DNA of 64,000 nucleotides from a virus. Taxonomy: Duplodnaviria; Caudoviricetes. The DNA lies in IMG/VR virus record IMGVR_UViG_3300031801_001562; one strand, given 5' to 3'. The position numbers and the translations under genes are program-made. This document shows, piece by piece, positions 48,456 to 58,358 of the stretch. Below the pieces are notes generated by a model. That model saw only the letters and a list, made by a program, of their open reading frames with translations. It ran no database searches and was not told where the DNA came from. Numbering within the stretch: position 1 is the stretch's first letter; every line of letters begins with the position of its first letter.

Positions 48456-49921
48456 AAAGTTTTTGCCCACTTCTTAAAAGCTATACCAAATGTTATATCT
48501 TTTCTATCTCTCATACCTAAATCTTTCTTATGAGCGAAGTATCTTTTTAAACCCTCTTTGGTTTGTGTTTTAATAAGGTCTAGATTTTTAAGAACTTTTA
48601 CTGCAGTATTAATAGATTCTAATCCTAAGGTTTTTCTATGTTTAACAGTAAAATTCTTTTTAGGCATATTTTTAATTGCATGGTCTAAAGCGCTTCTTAA
48701 ATCTTTAAGTTCTTCAATTTTTTCTACATCGCCTGGAACATCTGTTGATATTGGTTGTGCTTGAAATGGTTGTGCTATAATTCTAGTAGAAGCTCCACCT
48801 TCTTTCTGGCCACCACCTGCCCACATTAAATGCCAATCTGAGTCCCAATTATTTCTATTTTTAAAGAAGTGCGCATGTCCGTCAAACGAGATAGTAGCAC
48901 CTGATTTTTTATTAAATAAAGTCACCCAATCAAAACCGTGCGCTTCATATTGTTGATAAGCTGCTGCACACCAATTTTGTAAAAAGATATTTGGATTAGT
49001 GAAACCATCTTTAACGACTTTATTAAATTTATAAGAGGTGGTAATTCCCATACAAGCATCACATACATCTGTATATAATTTCTCACATGCTTTATCTGCT
49101 TGAAATTGTGTTCCACCATGTTTAGCTTTATATAATTCTGTAAACAACTTACTAGCATCAGATAAAGCTTTAGGCATCCTGGCTTTGCCATTTCTTAACA
49201 TGAGATCATCAAGATCTTTTTCTTTTAAAACTTTTCCTAAATCCTTAAACGCATCTTTAAAAACTTCTTTGCCAATATTAAACTGTGAACTTGTTCCTAA
49301 ATGGCCCCCATCTGACTTCATTTCAATATTAAGACCTCTTCCTAGATAAGCATCACCTTTATCTTCTGCATCACCTTTCATGCCAGTATCTGTTGCTAAA
49401 ATAAAAAGTAATTCTCCGGGGCCAATATTTGCATTATGTACTTTTGGTGTCCAATTCACTAGTTCGGAATACATCTTACTCATAATCGGATATGCTGAGG
49501 TAATATAATTCATTGCATTAGCAACCTTACCACTACTACCTTTTACTAAGCCTTTAGCATCAAAAGATTTACCGTCTAAAAACTCTTTTAAAAAGTCAAA
49601 CTGTTGTTCAACGTTTTCACCATATTTGTTTATAAATGCAATAACACCTCGTGTAACTTCATCTCGGCCCATTAAGATTTTCTTTTTATCACATGCTTCA
49701 TGAATCATTTTTTCCATTACAGGAACGGCCATGGCATTTATAGCCTTTAATAGATCTTCATCATTATCTATTTCATCTATCATATTCAAAACTTTGGATT
49801 TAAGTCTAGCATTAACTGCTTCATTAATCCAATCTTTCATATCACCTTTTTTTCGCTCTTTTTCGCTCATAATGCGATCTAGTATATGTTCGCCAATAAT
49901 ATGAGCTTTGAATGTTTTCAA
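48452..49921 (-). CDS. Hypothetical protein with PD-(D/E)xK nuclease-like motif
   Basis: GPGELLF...GDAYLGRGLNIEMKS; probable TTG start at 49921 overlapping the upstream TGA. Confidence 0.55.
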   Translation of the reverse strand: MKTFKAHIIGEHILDRIMSEKERKKGDMKDWINEAVNARLKSKVLNMIDEIDNDEDLLKAINAMAVPVMEKMIHEACDKKKILMGRDEVTRGVIAFINKYGENVEQQFDFLKEFLDGKSFDAKGLVKGSSGKVANAMNYITSAYPIMSKMYSELVNWTPKVHNANIGPGELLFILATDTGMKGDAEDKGDAYLGRGLNIEMKSDGGHLGTSSQFNIGKEVFKDAFKDLGKVLKEKDLDDLMLRNGKARMPKALSDASKLFTELYKAKHGGTQFQADKACEKLYTDVCDACMGITTSYKFNKVVKDGFTNPNIFLQNWCAAAYQQYEAHGFDWVTLFNKKSGATISFDGHAHFFKNRNNWDSDWHLMWAGGGQKEGGASTRIIAQPFQAQPISTDVPGDVEKIEELKDLRSALDHAIKNMPKKNFTVKHRKTLGLESINTAVKVLKNLDLIKTQTKEGLKRYFAHKKDLGMRDRKDITFGIAFKKWAKTL

Positions 49922-50160
49922 AGGGATTTCCCTTCCCAGGAACCCTTTGCCCATTTATCCATAGTCTTCTGAATATCTTTGGCTAAGGCTTTAACAGACT
50001 TGGCATCGGCACTATCCATTTCAGCTGCATTACGAGCCCATCTCGCTATTCTATTTGCACGCGAAGCAACTTCTTCCATACTTTTCACTGCCAATTTACT
50101 TATGGCTGCTTCCTCTAGAACTTCCTTAGCTGCGTCGTGTAGATCTTGTATTTTTTCCAT
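49918..50160 (-). CDS. Hypothetical Ala/Lys-rich helical protein
   Basis: GAGGGG SD; first gene after the late promoter at 50190-50197. Confidence 0.65.
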   Translation of the reverse strand: MEKIQDLHDAAKEVLEEAAISKLAVKSMEEVASRANRIARWARNAAEMDSADAKSVKALAKDIQKTMDKWAKGSWEGKSL

Positions 50161-50188
50161 GGTTTCCCCTCAAAATAGTTTTATAATC

Positions 50189-50797
50189 TTATTTATTGTT
50201 TTTAAGATATCCGAATTTCTTTTCGGTAAGTTGTAAGAATTGTTTAAAAATATTTTGTTCTTTTATTTTAGAATATCTCATAAATGCTTCACAACTTGTT
50301 TTTGGTTTAGCATAAAGATACATATCAAAGGCGAGTTCAGAACTATACGCATCTATTTCAAATGGGTTTGAAAAATAATCATCATATTTGTTTTGTTGAT
50401 CATCAAATTGTAAAGAATGAGTTAATTCGTGAATGTAGGTGAGAGTGAATTGTTGTTTATATTTTTCCCAAACGGATTCAGGAATAAATAATTGTTGTGT
50501 ATATAGTTCTGGTGATAAATTAATTGTTATTTCTAATTCAGATTCTGAAAAATGTTCTTCAGGAACATTAGCAGCTCCATCGAAAGTCATTTCATATAAG
50601 GCATGATCCATATCTTTTCGTATATTAACATAACAAGAAAATCCTAGTTCATCTTCTAATATTTCTTCTGTTCTATTAGCACATTCATGCCAGAGTTTAA
50701 TATAGCGATTTGTTTTTGTATTATAAGAATTTTTAAATTCCTTAAAAGCTTGATCTATACAACCCAATGAATTTTTAACAAAATCTAAATCATTCAT
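50189..50797 (-). CDS. Putative HExxH zinc metalloprotein
   Basis: YIHELTHSLQ...NPFEIDAY; start Met25, 8-nt overlap with the gp41 stop. Confidence 0.6.
   Translation of the reverse strand: MNDLDFVKNSLGCIDQAFKEFKNSYNTKTNRYIKLWHECANRTEEILEDELGFSCYVNIRKDMDHALYEMTFDGAANVPEEHFSESELEITINLSPELYTQQLFIPESVWEKYKQQFTLTYIHELTHSLQFDDQQNKYDDYFSNPFEIDAYSSELAFDMYLYAKPKTSCEAFMRYSKIKEQNIFKQFLQLTEKKFGYLKNNK
50190..50197 (-). promoter_or_regulatory. T4-type late promoter (AATAAATA)
   Basis: NATAAATA overlapping the upstream stop, 30 nt before the ATG at 50160. Confidence 0.5.
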
Positions 50798-52199
50798 ATT
50801 GAAAATTCCCGAAGTCAGCCTTATTTCTGTGTCTATTATCAGTAGAGATATCAAACAATGGTTCATCATCTTGTCCGCTATCCGCTATATCTTCTTGAGC
50901 TTTTTGATCGACATCATAAAGTCTCATTTTACTTCTATCTACTCCAATAATAAACTTTCTATAAGATGTAGGATCATTATATCTGTTTTTCAATTGTTTT
51001 ACAAGCATTTGATTTAATTCTTCCATTTCTTCAGAAGATATAAGTGCGAACATAAAATCAGCAGTTGCTGGCAAACCAAAACTCTCAGATGTATCTTCTA
51101 AACCAATATCCGTACTTGTAAATCCTGTTCTAGTTGTTTGTGTTGCAGACATTATCGGAACATTATGTTCTACGGCTAACCCTCTTAATTCTTCAGCAAT
51201 GGATTTAATATATGTGTATGAATTAACATTGGCCCCTGCCTTTATTCTAGAAGATGTACAAATGTTTAAATAATCTATGAATATTATATCGGGAACAAAA
51301 TTACGTTTCAAGTTTAATTCACCTAATAAATTTTTAAAATGCAGTGCACTAGCAGATGCAGTAGGATATTCTTTAATAATTATTTTACCATTGGTTTTTC
51401 CTTTGAGTTTATCTATTTTCTTTTTATACATATCTCTAGGAATTTCTTCTAATTGATCCATAGGAATATCTAAAAGATTTGCATCTATTCTTTCAGCAAT
51501 TCTTTCTTCAGCCATCTCTAATGTAATATACAATACATTTTTATTAATAGAAAGACAACTGGCGGCTTGATGACACATGAATAAAGATTTACCAACTCCA
51601 GTTCCTGCTAAACAAATATTTAAGGTCTTCTTAGGTAAGCCTCCTTTTGTAATTTTATTAAACAACTCGAGATCAAATTCAAGTTTTTCTTCTACTCTGT
51701 GATAAAAATCAAATCTATCTTCTGCGTCTTCAATAAAATCGTGTCCGACATGAGGATCAAAAGAAACAGCTAAAGCATCCGATAAAACAGTAGGAATTGC
51801 TCCTTTAGATAAATGAGTCTTTTCATTACCTTCAAGAATCGCAATAGCATGTACCACAGCATTATATATTGCTTTATCTTGACAAAATGTTTCTGATTGT
51901 TCTAAAAGCCAAGGTGTGATGTCTTTAAAATCACTAGGCTTATCTAAAGTATTAATTATTTCATTAGATTTAGTATATTCTGTTTCATGTATACCATCTA
52001 ATTGATCTAAATCTATTAATAAACTTTGTTTGGTCGGCAGGTCATTATGTTTTAAAATATATTCTTGAATTAATTTGAAAACTAACTTTTCAGGAGGGTC
52101 TTCAAAATATTCAGATTTTACGTAAGGAACAACTTTACGCGAAAAATTTTCATTGTGTATTAAATGTGATAGTATCAGTCGTTCTATCCGTTCCGTCAT
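50790..52199 (-). CDS. gp41: T4-type replicative DNA helicase
   Basis: AGTGVGKS, ITLEMAEE, IKEYPT, IDYLNI, SATQTTR, SESFGLPATAD, KNRYND. Confidence 0.97.
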   Translation of the reverse strand: MTERIERLILSHLIHNENFSRKVVPYVKSEYFEDPPEKLVFKLIQEYILKHNDLPTKQSLLIDLDQLDGIHETEYTKSNEIINTLDKPSDFKDITPWLLEQSETFCQDKAIYNAVVHAIAILEGNEKTHLSKGAIPTVLSDALAVSFDPHVGHDFIEDAEDRFDFYHRVEEKLEFDLELFNKITKGGLPKKTLNICLAGTGVGKSLFMCHQAASCLSINKNVLYITLEMAEERIAERIDANLLDIPMDQLEEIPRDMYKKKIDKLKGKTNGKIIIKEYPTASASALHFKNLLGELNLKRNFVPDIIFIDYLNICTSSRIKAGANVNSYTYIKSIAEELRGLAVEHNVPIMSATQTTRTGFTSTDIGLEDTSESFGLPATADFMFALISSEEMEELNQMLVKQLKNRYNDPTSYRKFIIGVDRSKMRLYDVDQKAQEDIADSGQDDEPLFDISTDNRHRNKADFGNFQYE

Positions 52200-52548
52200 T
52201 AGTTTTTACTCCTTCCTTTTCAGATTCTTCTCTATATCTGTCCCATAATAATTTAACTAAAATTTCTCCAATCATATATTCAAACTCTACACCTTCTTCA
52301 TCGGAATGTTCTACACCCTGTAATTCTGGTGGAACAAGAATAACATCGTATTCATATTTCGCATTACTTTCTCCTTTTTCATCCGGTGGAGCTACTTGAA
52401 ACTTCCCTAATTTTATAACAGTTCCTTTAAAAGGGCCCGCATTTAATTCAACACACATTTGAGAAACATCCTCGGGATGCTCTGGATGAGGAACTAAATT
52501 ATAATAACTATTAATTCTATCGTAATCTTCTTGTGTTAATTCATTCAT
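52150..52548 (-). CDS. gp40: gp40-like head vertex assembly chaperone
   Basis: Position between uvsX and gp41; GPFKGTVIKLG...YEYDVI...IGEILV pattern; start Met38. Confidence 0.6.
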   Translation of the reverse strand: MNELTQEDYDRINSYYNLVPHPEHPEDVSQMCVELNAGPFKGTVIKLGKFQVAPPDEKGESNAKYEYDVILVPPELQGVEHSDEEGVEFEYMIGEILVKLLWDRYREESEKEGVKTNDGTDRTTDTITFNTQ

Positions 52549-52796
52549 TCTTGTGACCAACCCATTATTTCTTTTGCAACATATTGTTCTACTTCTTGTT
52601 CCGTCAATCTTACTTGCTCGTCCGGAATCCATTGCATTGTTTGTTCTTCTCCTGTCCATCTAGCAGAAACTATTGGATAAGTTCCCCAGGCTCTTTCTAC
52701 GGCGGCTTCTCCCCCCCGACATATTTTTTTTGTTCCATCTTCAAAAGTTAGTTCCACTACTTTAACTTTTTCTACTATCAAATTATTAATGCTCAT
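52545..52796 (-). CDS. Hypothetical protein (83 aa)
   Basis: ORF coupled to both neighbours. Confidence 0.6.
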   Translation of the reverse strand: MSINNLIVEKVKVVELTFEDGTKKICRGGEAAVERAWGTYPIVSARWTGEEQTMQWIPDEQVRLTEQEVEQYVAKEIMGWSQE

Positions 52797-53112
52797 GTTG
52801 TTCTATTCCATGTTGATCTAACAAATCATGCATTCGTTGATGTTCGTCCGCCGTATATTTGTAAAAAAGTACTCCGGTAACAAGACTTCCAATAACAAGC
52901 CCTTGAACAAATCTATAAATTGTTTTTCTATTTTTGGCTTTTGTGTCTTCTTCCATTGATTTGCCACGTTTATAACCATCATAAAATTTATAAAGTCCAT
53001 AAGCAACAACAAATCCTCCTATAATCCAACTTATAGGATGGTTAACGGTAGCGACAAAACTACCGCCAAATAGTACGGCAATAAAACCACTAATCCAGCA
53101 TATAGGACACAT
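52786..53112 (-). CDS. Small membrane protein with N-terminal CxxC and His-rich tail
   Basis: MCPICW; three hydrophobic segments; EHQRMHDLLDQHGIEQHEH. Confidence 0.65.
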   Translation of the reverse strand: MCPICWISGFIAVLFGGSFVATVNHPISWIIGGFVVAYGLYKFYDGYKRGKSMEEDTKAKNRKTIYRFVQGLVIGSLVTGVLFYKYTADEHQRMHDLLDQHGIEQHEH

Positions 53113-53132
53113 ATGTATACTCCTGTCCGGTG

Positions 53133-54245
53133 TTAAGTGTTTTCAACTGATTTAGCTTCAAGAGTTTTTTCTCCTCTTCTTTCTCCCTCTTTTCTTGCCC
53201 CTTCAAGAACTGATTCTTCCTCTACTCCTATTTCGCCATATAAAAATTCTTTCCCTGCAACTTTATCTAATTGATCAAGAATTTCTTTTGTAAAATATTT
53301 TGTGGGATTTTTAAGCATGGTTTTTAGAAAAACCTTTTCTCCATCAGGCATTTCTAATCTAGTAGAAACTTTTTTAAAGATTTCATACTTCTCTGCTAAT
53401 TCTGCTAATCCATAATATCTATTCAATCCTTCTTTATATGTAAGAAGAACATCCACCATTTTATGTTCTTTTGTGAGTCTTGATTTATAAGTTCTACAAT
53501 GGATTATTTGACCAATAACTTCTGTTCCGTCTTTTTCTTTTTTCTTGGAAAGAAAAACAATAGAAGATGCGGCATAATGTAAGCCAGTTCCACCTCCCAT
53601 AATTTTTTGAGGAAACAATGTCCCTATTTGATCATATGTGTGATTAGTAACCACAAGAGGAACTTTTGCTTTGCCTCCTAATAAAGTAAGAACTCTAAAT
53701 GTTCCTTTAACCATTTGAGCTCTGGTCATATCTCTTGTATCCTTACCTTCACCTATATCTTCCATCTCTTTAGTAGTAGACAGATTACCTAATGAATCTA
53801 GACACATCATCATTGGAGGACGATCTTTTTCGGGTTCTTCTAAATGTTTTTCTAAAATTTTAGTTGCTTGAGTTCTGAATTCTTGAACTGTTGCAACGGG
53901 AAGGATGATCATGCGCTTAGTATCTATTCCACGCATTTCAATCATATCTTTGGTTAGGGCAGATTCACTTTCAAAATATATAACCCCACCAGTAGGATTA
54001 TCTGCGAGAAACTGTCTGACACAACCCAAAACGAAAAAAGTTTTACCTGTTGAACTTTCTCCAGCAAATGCTGTAATTTTATTTGAGGGTAACCCCCCAT
54101 AAATGCTTCCTGATAGCTGTGCATTTAAAATATACGAACCGGTATCAATAAAACTTTCTACATCTCCAGCTTCAATCCCATCACTTACTTTTGAGCCATA
54201 TTCATTTTTGGCTACTTGTAACATTTCTCCAAAATAATCACTCAT
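53133..54245 (-). CDS. uvsX: RecA-like recombinase
   Basis: [37 protein letters not shown]. Confidence 0.96.
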   Translation of the reverse strand: MSDYFGEMLQVAKNEYGSKVSDGIEAGDVESFIDTGSYILNAQLSGSIYGGLPSNKITAFAGESSTGKTFFVLGCVRQFLADNPTGGVIYFESESALTKDMIEMRGIDTKRMIILPVATVQEFRTQATKILEKHLEEPEKDRPPMMMCLDSLGNLSTTKEMEDIGEGKDTRDMTRAQMVKGTFRVLTLLGGKAKVPLVVTNHTYDQIGTLFPQKIMGGGTGLHYAASSIVFLSKKKEKDGTEVIGQIIHCRTYKSRLTKEHKMVDVLLTYKEGLNRYYGLAELAEKYEIFKKVSTRLEMPDGEKVFLKTMLKNPTKYFTKEILDQLDKVAGKEFLYGEIGVEEESVLEGARKEGERRGEKTLEAKSVENT

Positions 54246-54271
54246 AAAACCTTTTCAATTAATCATCATAC

Positions 54272-54300
54272 ATTATAATATAATTTAACATAATAATCAA
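54272..54300 (-). promoter_or_regulatory. Sigma70-like promoter for uvsX-gp41
   Basis: TTGATT-17 nt-TATAAT. Confidence 0.75.
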
Positions 54301-54302
54301 GT

Positions 54303-54327
54303 AAAAAGGGGGCAGAGCCCCCCTTTT
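54303..54327 (-). terminator. Rho-independent terminator
   Basis: GGGGGC-TCT-GCCCCC followed by T5 on minus strand. Confidence 0.85.
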
Positions 54328-54341
54328 ACGTAACTAGTTAT

Positions 54342-54563
54342 TTAGTTTTTGGAATAAATTCCCCAGAGTACCCATATAGCAATTAAACCGACAAAACCTT
54401 CTTGTCCTAATTGTTTTACAAGTGCTACAACAGAACCCACGATATCAATTCCGATAAACGGTAAAGCTGCACCAAAAATAATCTGAAGAACTACGCCTAA
54501 AGCAATAACTGCTAAACCAAGTTCAGTTAAACTTCTCATCCAACCGAGTGCCTTATCTAACAT
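54342..54563 (-). CDS. Small two-helix membrane protein
   Basis: 73 aa, two hydrophobic segments; AAGGAG SD. Confidence 0.75.
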   Translation of the reverse strand: MLDKALGWMRSLTELGLAVIALGVVLQIIFGAALPFIGIDIVGSVVALVKQLGQEGFVGLIAIWVLWGIYSKN

Positions 54564-54651
54564 ATATAACTCCTTTATTTTATATTAATCTCTCACCACT
54601 AATTATACATAATTTCGGTAGCTAAGCTTATTCCGAACTACCTTCATTACA

Positions 54652-54659
54652 TATTTATC
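54652..54659 (-). promoter_or_regulatory. T4-type late promoter (GATAAATA)
   Basis: NATAAATA in the intergenic region after gp43. Confidence 0.45.
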
Positions 54660-54666
54660 AAATTCT

Positions 54667-57171
54667 CTATACTAAAAACGCTTCTAGAGAACTTGTTTTT
54701 TCAGGAGACCATCCAATGACTTTTAATATTTCATTCAAGGGTCCCCTAAAAGACTTTTCAAATTGTTTATCATAATCAATATAATCATGAAGCCCGAACT
54801 CTTCGGGTAAACCTTCTATCATGGCTATGACACCATCTCTAATAGGATTAGGCTGTTTCAAATAAACAAATTTGATCTTTTCCCCTTCTTGAATAAGAGG
54901 ATACTTATTTTGCAATTTATTTTGTTTCAAAAAATGATTATACAGGCGTGTTCCTTTTACATGAACAGGTGTTCCTTTAGCATACAATTTTGTCCCACCA
55001 TTATATTTTTCAATTCCTTTAACAGATCTAGGAAATGCAATATTTTCAATAGGTTCTTTTTCAAACTGTACTCTAAAATCTGCAATGAACTTCTGTATAG
55101 CTTCTTCATCGTGATTGATAATAATATCAAAAGACTTTTTTAATTTATCTCTACAAGATGTGGGTGTTGATGATTTAACAGATTCAATACCCATAACCTT
55201 GATTCGTGGATTTGCATACCTAACTCCTTCATTATCATGAACATTAAGAATATAATGTTTCTTTCCTGTCCAAATACCTTTATCAGCAAGGATCTCTCTT
55301 TTCATAAACATCTTCTGACCATAAGCATTCATATAATTTGCTAGATCTGAATATCCGTTATCGATTACTCCTTGTAGTTTTTCCTCACATACTTTATCTA
55401 AAAAATTTATTACTTTAGTTGTATCCGGCTCTTCAGGAAATACTTTTTTTACTAATCCATCTAAAGTAATGTAGAGGGAGTCTGTATCCGATGCAAGAAC
55501 ATAATCAACCTCTTTTGTTTCCATAACTTGATTAAGATAATTATTGACTACAGTTTCTGCCCAGCGAATACTCAGTTGTCCTCCTAATGTAATAGCTTCA
55601 GATATTCTCAAATCAAAAAATCTAAAATATGGATTTCCAAAAGCTCCGTAAACACTATTAAGCATTAATTTCATGGCAGTTTGTTTATTGCCAAATGAAT
55701 CTGCTTCCTTTTTTAATTTTTCTATCTCAACCGGATCCGTTGCTTTTTCTAATTTTTTCTTAGCCGCGATTTCCTTCTTTTTAAAGATAACTCTATTATC
55801 ATACTTCTCCTGCATTAGCCTTGGTAAAAATCCTTGTTCATCCTTTTTGAATCCTTGACCATTAGGAGCAATGATAATATCTTTATCATAATATTTGTCT
55901 AAATCAACTTGCTTATTTAATAAAGAATCAACCCGACACGGCTCTGTAATACCTGTTAAAATAGTATCAGGACTAACATTGTATTGCATGATTAAATGAG
56001 GGTATAGACTATTTAAATCAAAACTGACAACCCAATTATGTAATCCCGCTTGTACTTCTTTTACATATGCTCCAACATATGCAGCATTTTTTGTATTATC
56101 TTTCTTAGGTGGAACTACTATATTTCTATTCATTAAATCATTCGCAAGAATAACTTCCCACATCATCACCATTCCAAATGTGTCCTGATAGTTTACCTTT
56201 GCTTCATAAGCCAAAGCAACCACCATTTCTATCAATTTTTTCTTTTCCTCTAATCGTTCTACAAGCTGTGCATCTTTAATATTATAATCAATAAACAACT
56301 GATAATTTTCTTTATATAATGTATAAAGATTTCCATACTCTTCAAATGATAATTTTCTTTCTCCTAATTCAACAGAAGCAATATAATCTAACCTATAACT
56401 TTCCGCAGGAGGAGAATTCCTTCTATAAACATCAATGTAATCAATAACAGCAATACCGATGAGATCATGAAAGATTGTTTCTCTACCTCTAAAGGTTGTT
56501 GATCGCTCATTAACTAATCTCCAAGGAGATAATCTTTTGACAGCTTTATTATCAAATAATCTAGAAATTCTATTAACCAAATATGGAATATCAAAACCTT
56601 GAATATTCCACCCAGTAACAATATCTGGGGCTAACTTTTCCCAAAAAGAAAGAAATTCTTGAACCAAATGATTTTCATCAGCACAATGAAAATATTCAAC
56701 CGCCGGATTAGTATTATTATATTCACCACAACCAAATACGAAATATTTTTCTTTTGCTCCGACAGTAATGGCTTGAATTATTTCAGTAGCTGAAATTGGA
56801 TCTGGAAATCCGTGTTCTGAGGCAACCTCAATATCAATACTCGCAACTACTAATTGAGAGAAGTCATAATCAATACCTTTGTCTTTGGGAAACTCTTCGT
56901 AAATATAATTATATCTCCAAGCAGTCATTCCATAAATCTGAAAATTTTCTACTCCATCATATTTTCGAATAAATTCTCTTGTTTCTTTAATTGTACCAGG
57001 CTTAATAGGAGATAATGATTTTCCATCAATAGTTGAATATTTTGATTTTTCGTTGGAAGGAATAAAAACTGTGGGGTGATATTCAATGCGATCATCAAAA
57101 CGTTGGCCGTTTTCATAACCCCTAACTAAAACATGATCACCGATTTGGTGTACGTTTGTATAAAATTTCAT
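54667..57171 (-). CDS. gp43: Family B DNA polymerase
   Basis: Exo DIEV, GWNIQGFDIPY, YNIKD; pol SFDLNSLYP, KLMLNSVYG, ASDTDS, KKHY. Confidence 0.98.
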   Translation of the reverse strand: MKFYTNVHQIGDHVLVRGYENGQRFDDRIEYHPTVFIPSNEKSKYSTIDGKSLSPIKPGTIKETREFIRKYDGVENFQIYGMTAWRYNYIYEEFPKDKGIDYDFSQLVVASIDIEVASEHGFPDPISATEIIQAITVGAKEKYFVFGCGEYNNTNPAVEYFHCADENHLVQEFLSFWEKLAPDIVTGWNIQGFDIPYLVNRISRLFDNKAVKRLSPWRLVNERSTTFRGRETIFHDLIGIAVIDYIDVYRRNSPPAESYRLDYIASVELGERKLSFEEYGNLYTLYKENYQLFIDYNIKDAQLVERLEEKKKLIEMVVALAYEAKVNYQDTFGMVMMWEVILANDLMNRNIVVPPKKDNTKNAAYVGAYVKEVQAGLHNWVVSFDLNSLYPHLIMQYNVSPDTILTGITEPCRVDSLLNKQVDLDKYYDKDIIIAPNGQGFKKDEQGFLPRLMQEKYDNRVIFKKKEIAAKKKLEKATDPVEIEKLKKEADSFGNKQTAMKLMLNSVYGAFGNPYFRFFDLRISEAITLGGQLSIRWAETVVNNYLNQVMETKEVDYVLASDTDSLYITLDGLVKKVFPEEPDTTKVINFLDKVCEEKLQGVIDNGYSDLANYMNAYGQKMFMKREILADKGIWTGKKHYILNVHDNEGVRYANPRIKVMGIESVKSSTPTSCRDKLKKSFDIIINHDEEAIQKFIADFRVQFEKEPIENIAFPRSVKGIEKYNGGTKLYAKGTPVHVKGTRLYNHFLKQNKLQNKYPLIQEGEKIKFVYLKQPNPIRDGVIAMIEGLPEEFGLHDYIDYDKQFEKSFRGPLNEILKVIGWSPEKTSSLEAFLV

Positions 57172-57329
57172 TTATCAAAATAATTATATTCCACTTTGTG
57201 TCCATAAGATTTTAATTTCTTATAACACCATAATATTTGATCATCGACCCAACTTCTAGCCATATAAGCTCCAATTAAATATAGAAATTGGAGATATACC
57301 AAAAGAGGAAATATCAATAATCGTTTCAT
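57168..57329 (-). CDS. Small membrane protein, 53 aa (not in ORF track)
   Basis: MKRLLIFPLLVYLQFLYLIGAYMARSWVDDQILWCYKKLKSYGHKVEYNYFDK; ATGA overlaps at both ends. Confidence 0.7.
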   Translation of the reverse strand: MKRLLIFPLLVYLQFLYLIGAYMARSWVDDQILWCYKKLKSYGHKVEYNYFDK

Positions 57330-57823
57330 TGAATCAGCCCATTTTTATATACTGTTTTTCCTTTTATTCTTAGGGCTGTATTAATTTTTCCGCGGTTTTG
57401 ACCATTTGTTTTATAAGAACAGTGAACCCATCCACTGCTAGGTACGCCTTGAGTATAAAATTCTAAAATTAATTGATCAAATTCTAAATTTTCTTTAATC
57501 CAGCGTGCTAATTTATAATTACCTATTCTGGAACTTTCAAAATCAGCTGCTTCTCCAAAACAATGTTGACTAGTTTTAGATCCGCCAACTGCTCTGTTTA
57601 AAGCTGGTCCTCTATAACCACTATTAATACGAACTGGCCCGAATTCATCTCTTACCGGTTGTAAAATATGATTTGCAACGTTAGTAAGGTTAATCAGAAT
57701 TTGATCTTCTTCTGGCCAATTATTCAACCCCATTCTTTCTGCAGTTGAACTTTTCACTAATTCAGGAAGAGTAAAATTAGGAGATACCCTAATATCCTCT
57801 TCTGTTTTTAATATTGATTTCAT
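57326..57823 (-). CDS. Peptidase M15A (Zn D-Ala-D-Ala peptidase), candidate endolysin
   Basis: SGYR...N.AVGG...SQH..GEAAD...WVH. Confidence 0.9.
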   Translation of the reverse strand: MKSILKTEEDIRVSPNFTLPELVKSSTAERMGLNNWPEEDQILINLTNVANHILQPVRDEFGPVRINSGYRGPALNRAVGGSKTSQHCFGEAADFESSRIGNYKLARWIKENLEFDQLILEFYTQGVPSSGWVHCSYKTNGQNRGKINTALRIKGKTVYKNGLIQ

Positions 57824-57871
57824 TCTATAATCCTGAAAGAGGGTTTGTTATGAGCATATTTCTATACACCA

Positions 57872-57879
57872 TATTTATA
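57872..57879 (-). promoter_or_regulatory. T4 late promoter for the M15 peptidase
   Basis: Exact TATAAATA in the intergenic region. Confidence 0.7.
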
Positions 57880-57912
57880 ACGCGCCCTCTTGTATAATTT
57901 ACGAAAAATAAA

Positions 57913-58356
57913 TTATTTAGTTACAATTGGGATCTGTCTAGATTTCTTATCCTCAGGAATAACTCTTTCTAAGGTGATAATTAACATTCCGCTAGTCATT
58001 GTCGCGCCGTTAACTATCATATCATCAGATAAAGTCCAAGACCTCTTAAATGAGCGCCTGGCTATACCTTGATGAAGATAATCTTCTTCAGATTTTTCTG
58101 TATCACTGCTGACAGTTAATACCCTATCCTCAACATGTACCTGAATATCTTTTTCGCTGAGTCCTGCAACTGCTAACTCTATTATATAATGATCTCCATC
58201 TTTTTTCAAGTTATAAGGTGGATAACCAGAAGATTGGTTTTGTTGATTACTTTCAAAAAGTCTATCAAACATTGTATCAAACCCAACGGCTGATCCTAAT
58301 GCTTGTTCGAATTGTTTGTGGGTGGGGAATACAGAAAGTGCGTTAGTCGTTAACAT
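57913..58356 (-). CDS. hsp20: Small heat-shock protein (IbpA-like)
   Basis: YPPYNL, ELAVAG, YLHQGIARRSFKRSW, GML.I.LER.IPE. Confidence 0.95.
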   Translation of the reverse strand: MLTTNALSVFPTHKQFEQALGSAVGFDTMFDRLFESNQQNQSSGYPPYNLKKDGDHYIIELAVAGLSEKDIQVHVEDRVLTVSSDTEKSEEDYLHQGIARRSFKRSWTLSDDMIVNGATMTSGMLIITLERVIPEDKKSRQIPIVTK

Positions 58357-58358
58357 AT

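Noticed and set aside
54667-57171. Inteins or introns in polymerase, helicase, RNR or thyX
   Set aside because: All ORFs are normal length and continuous; no splicing motifs or homing endonuclease recognised
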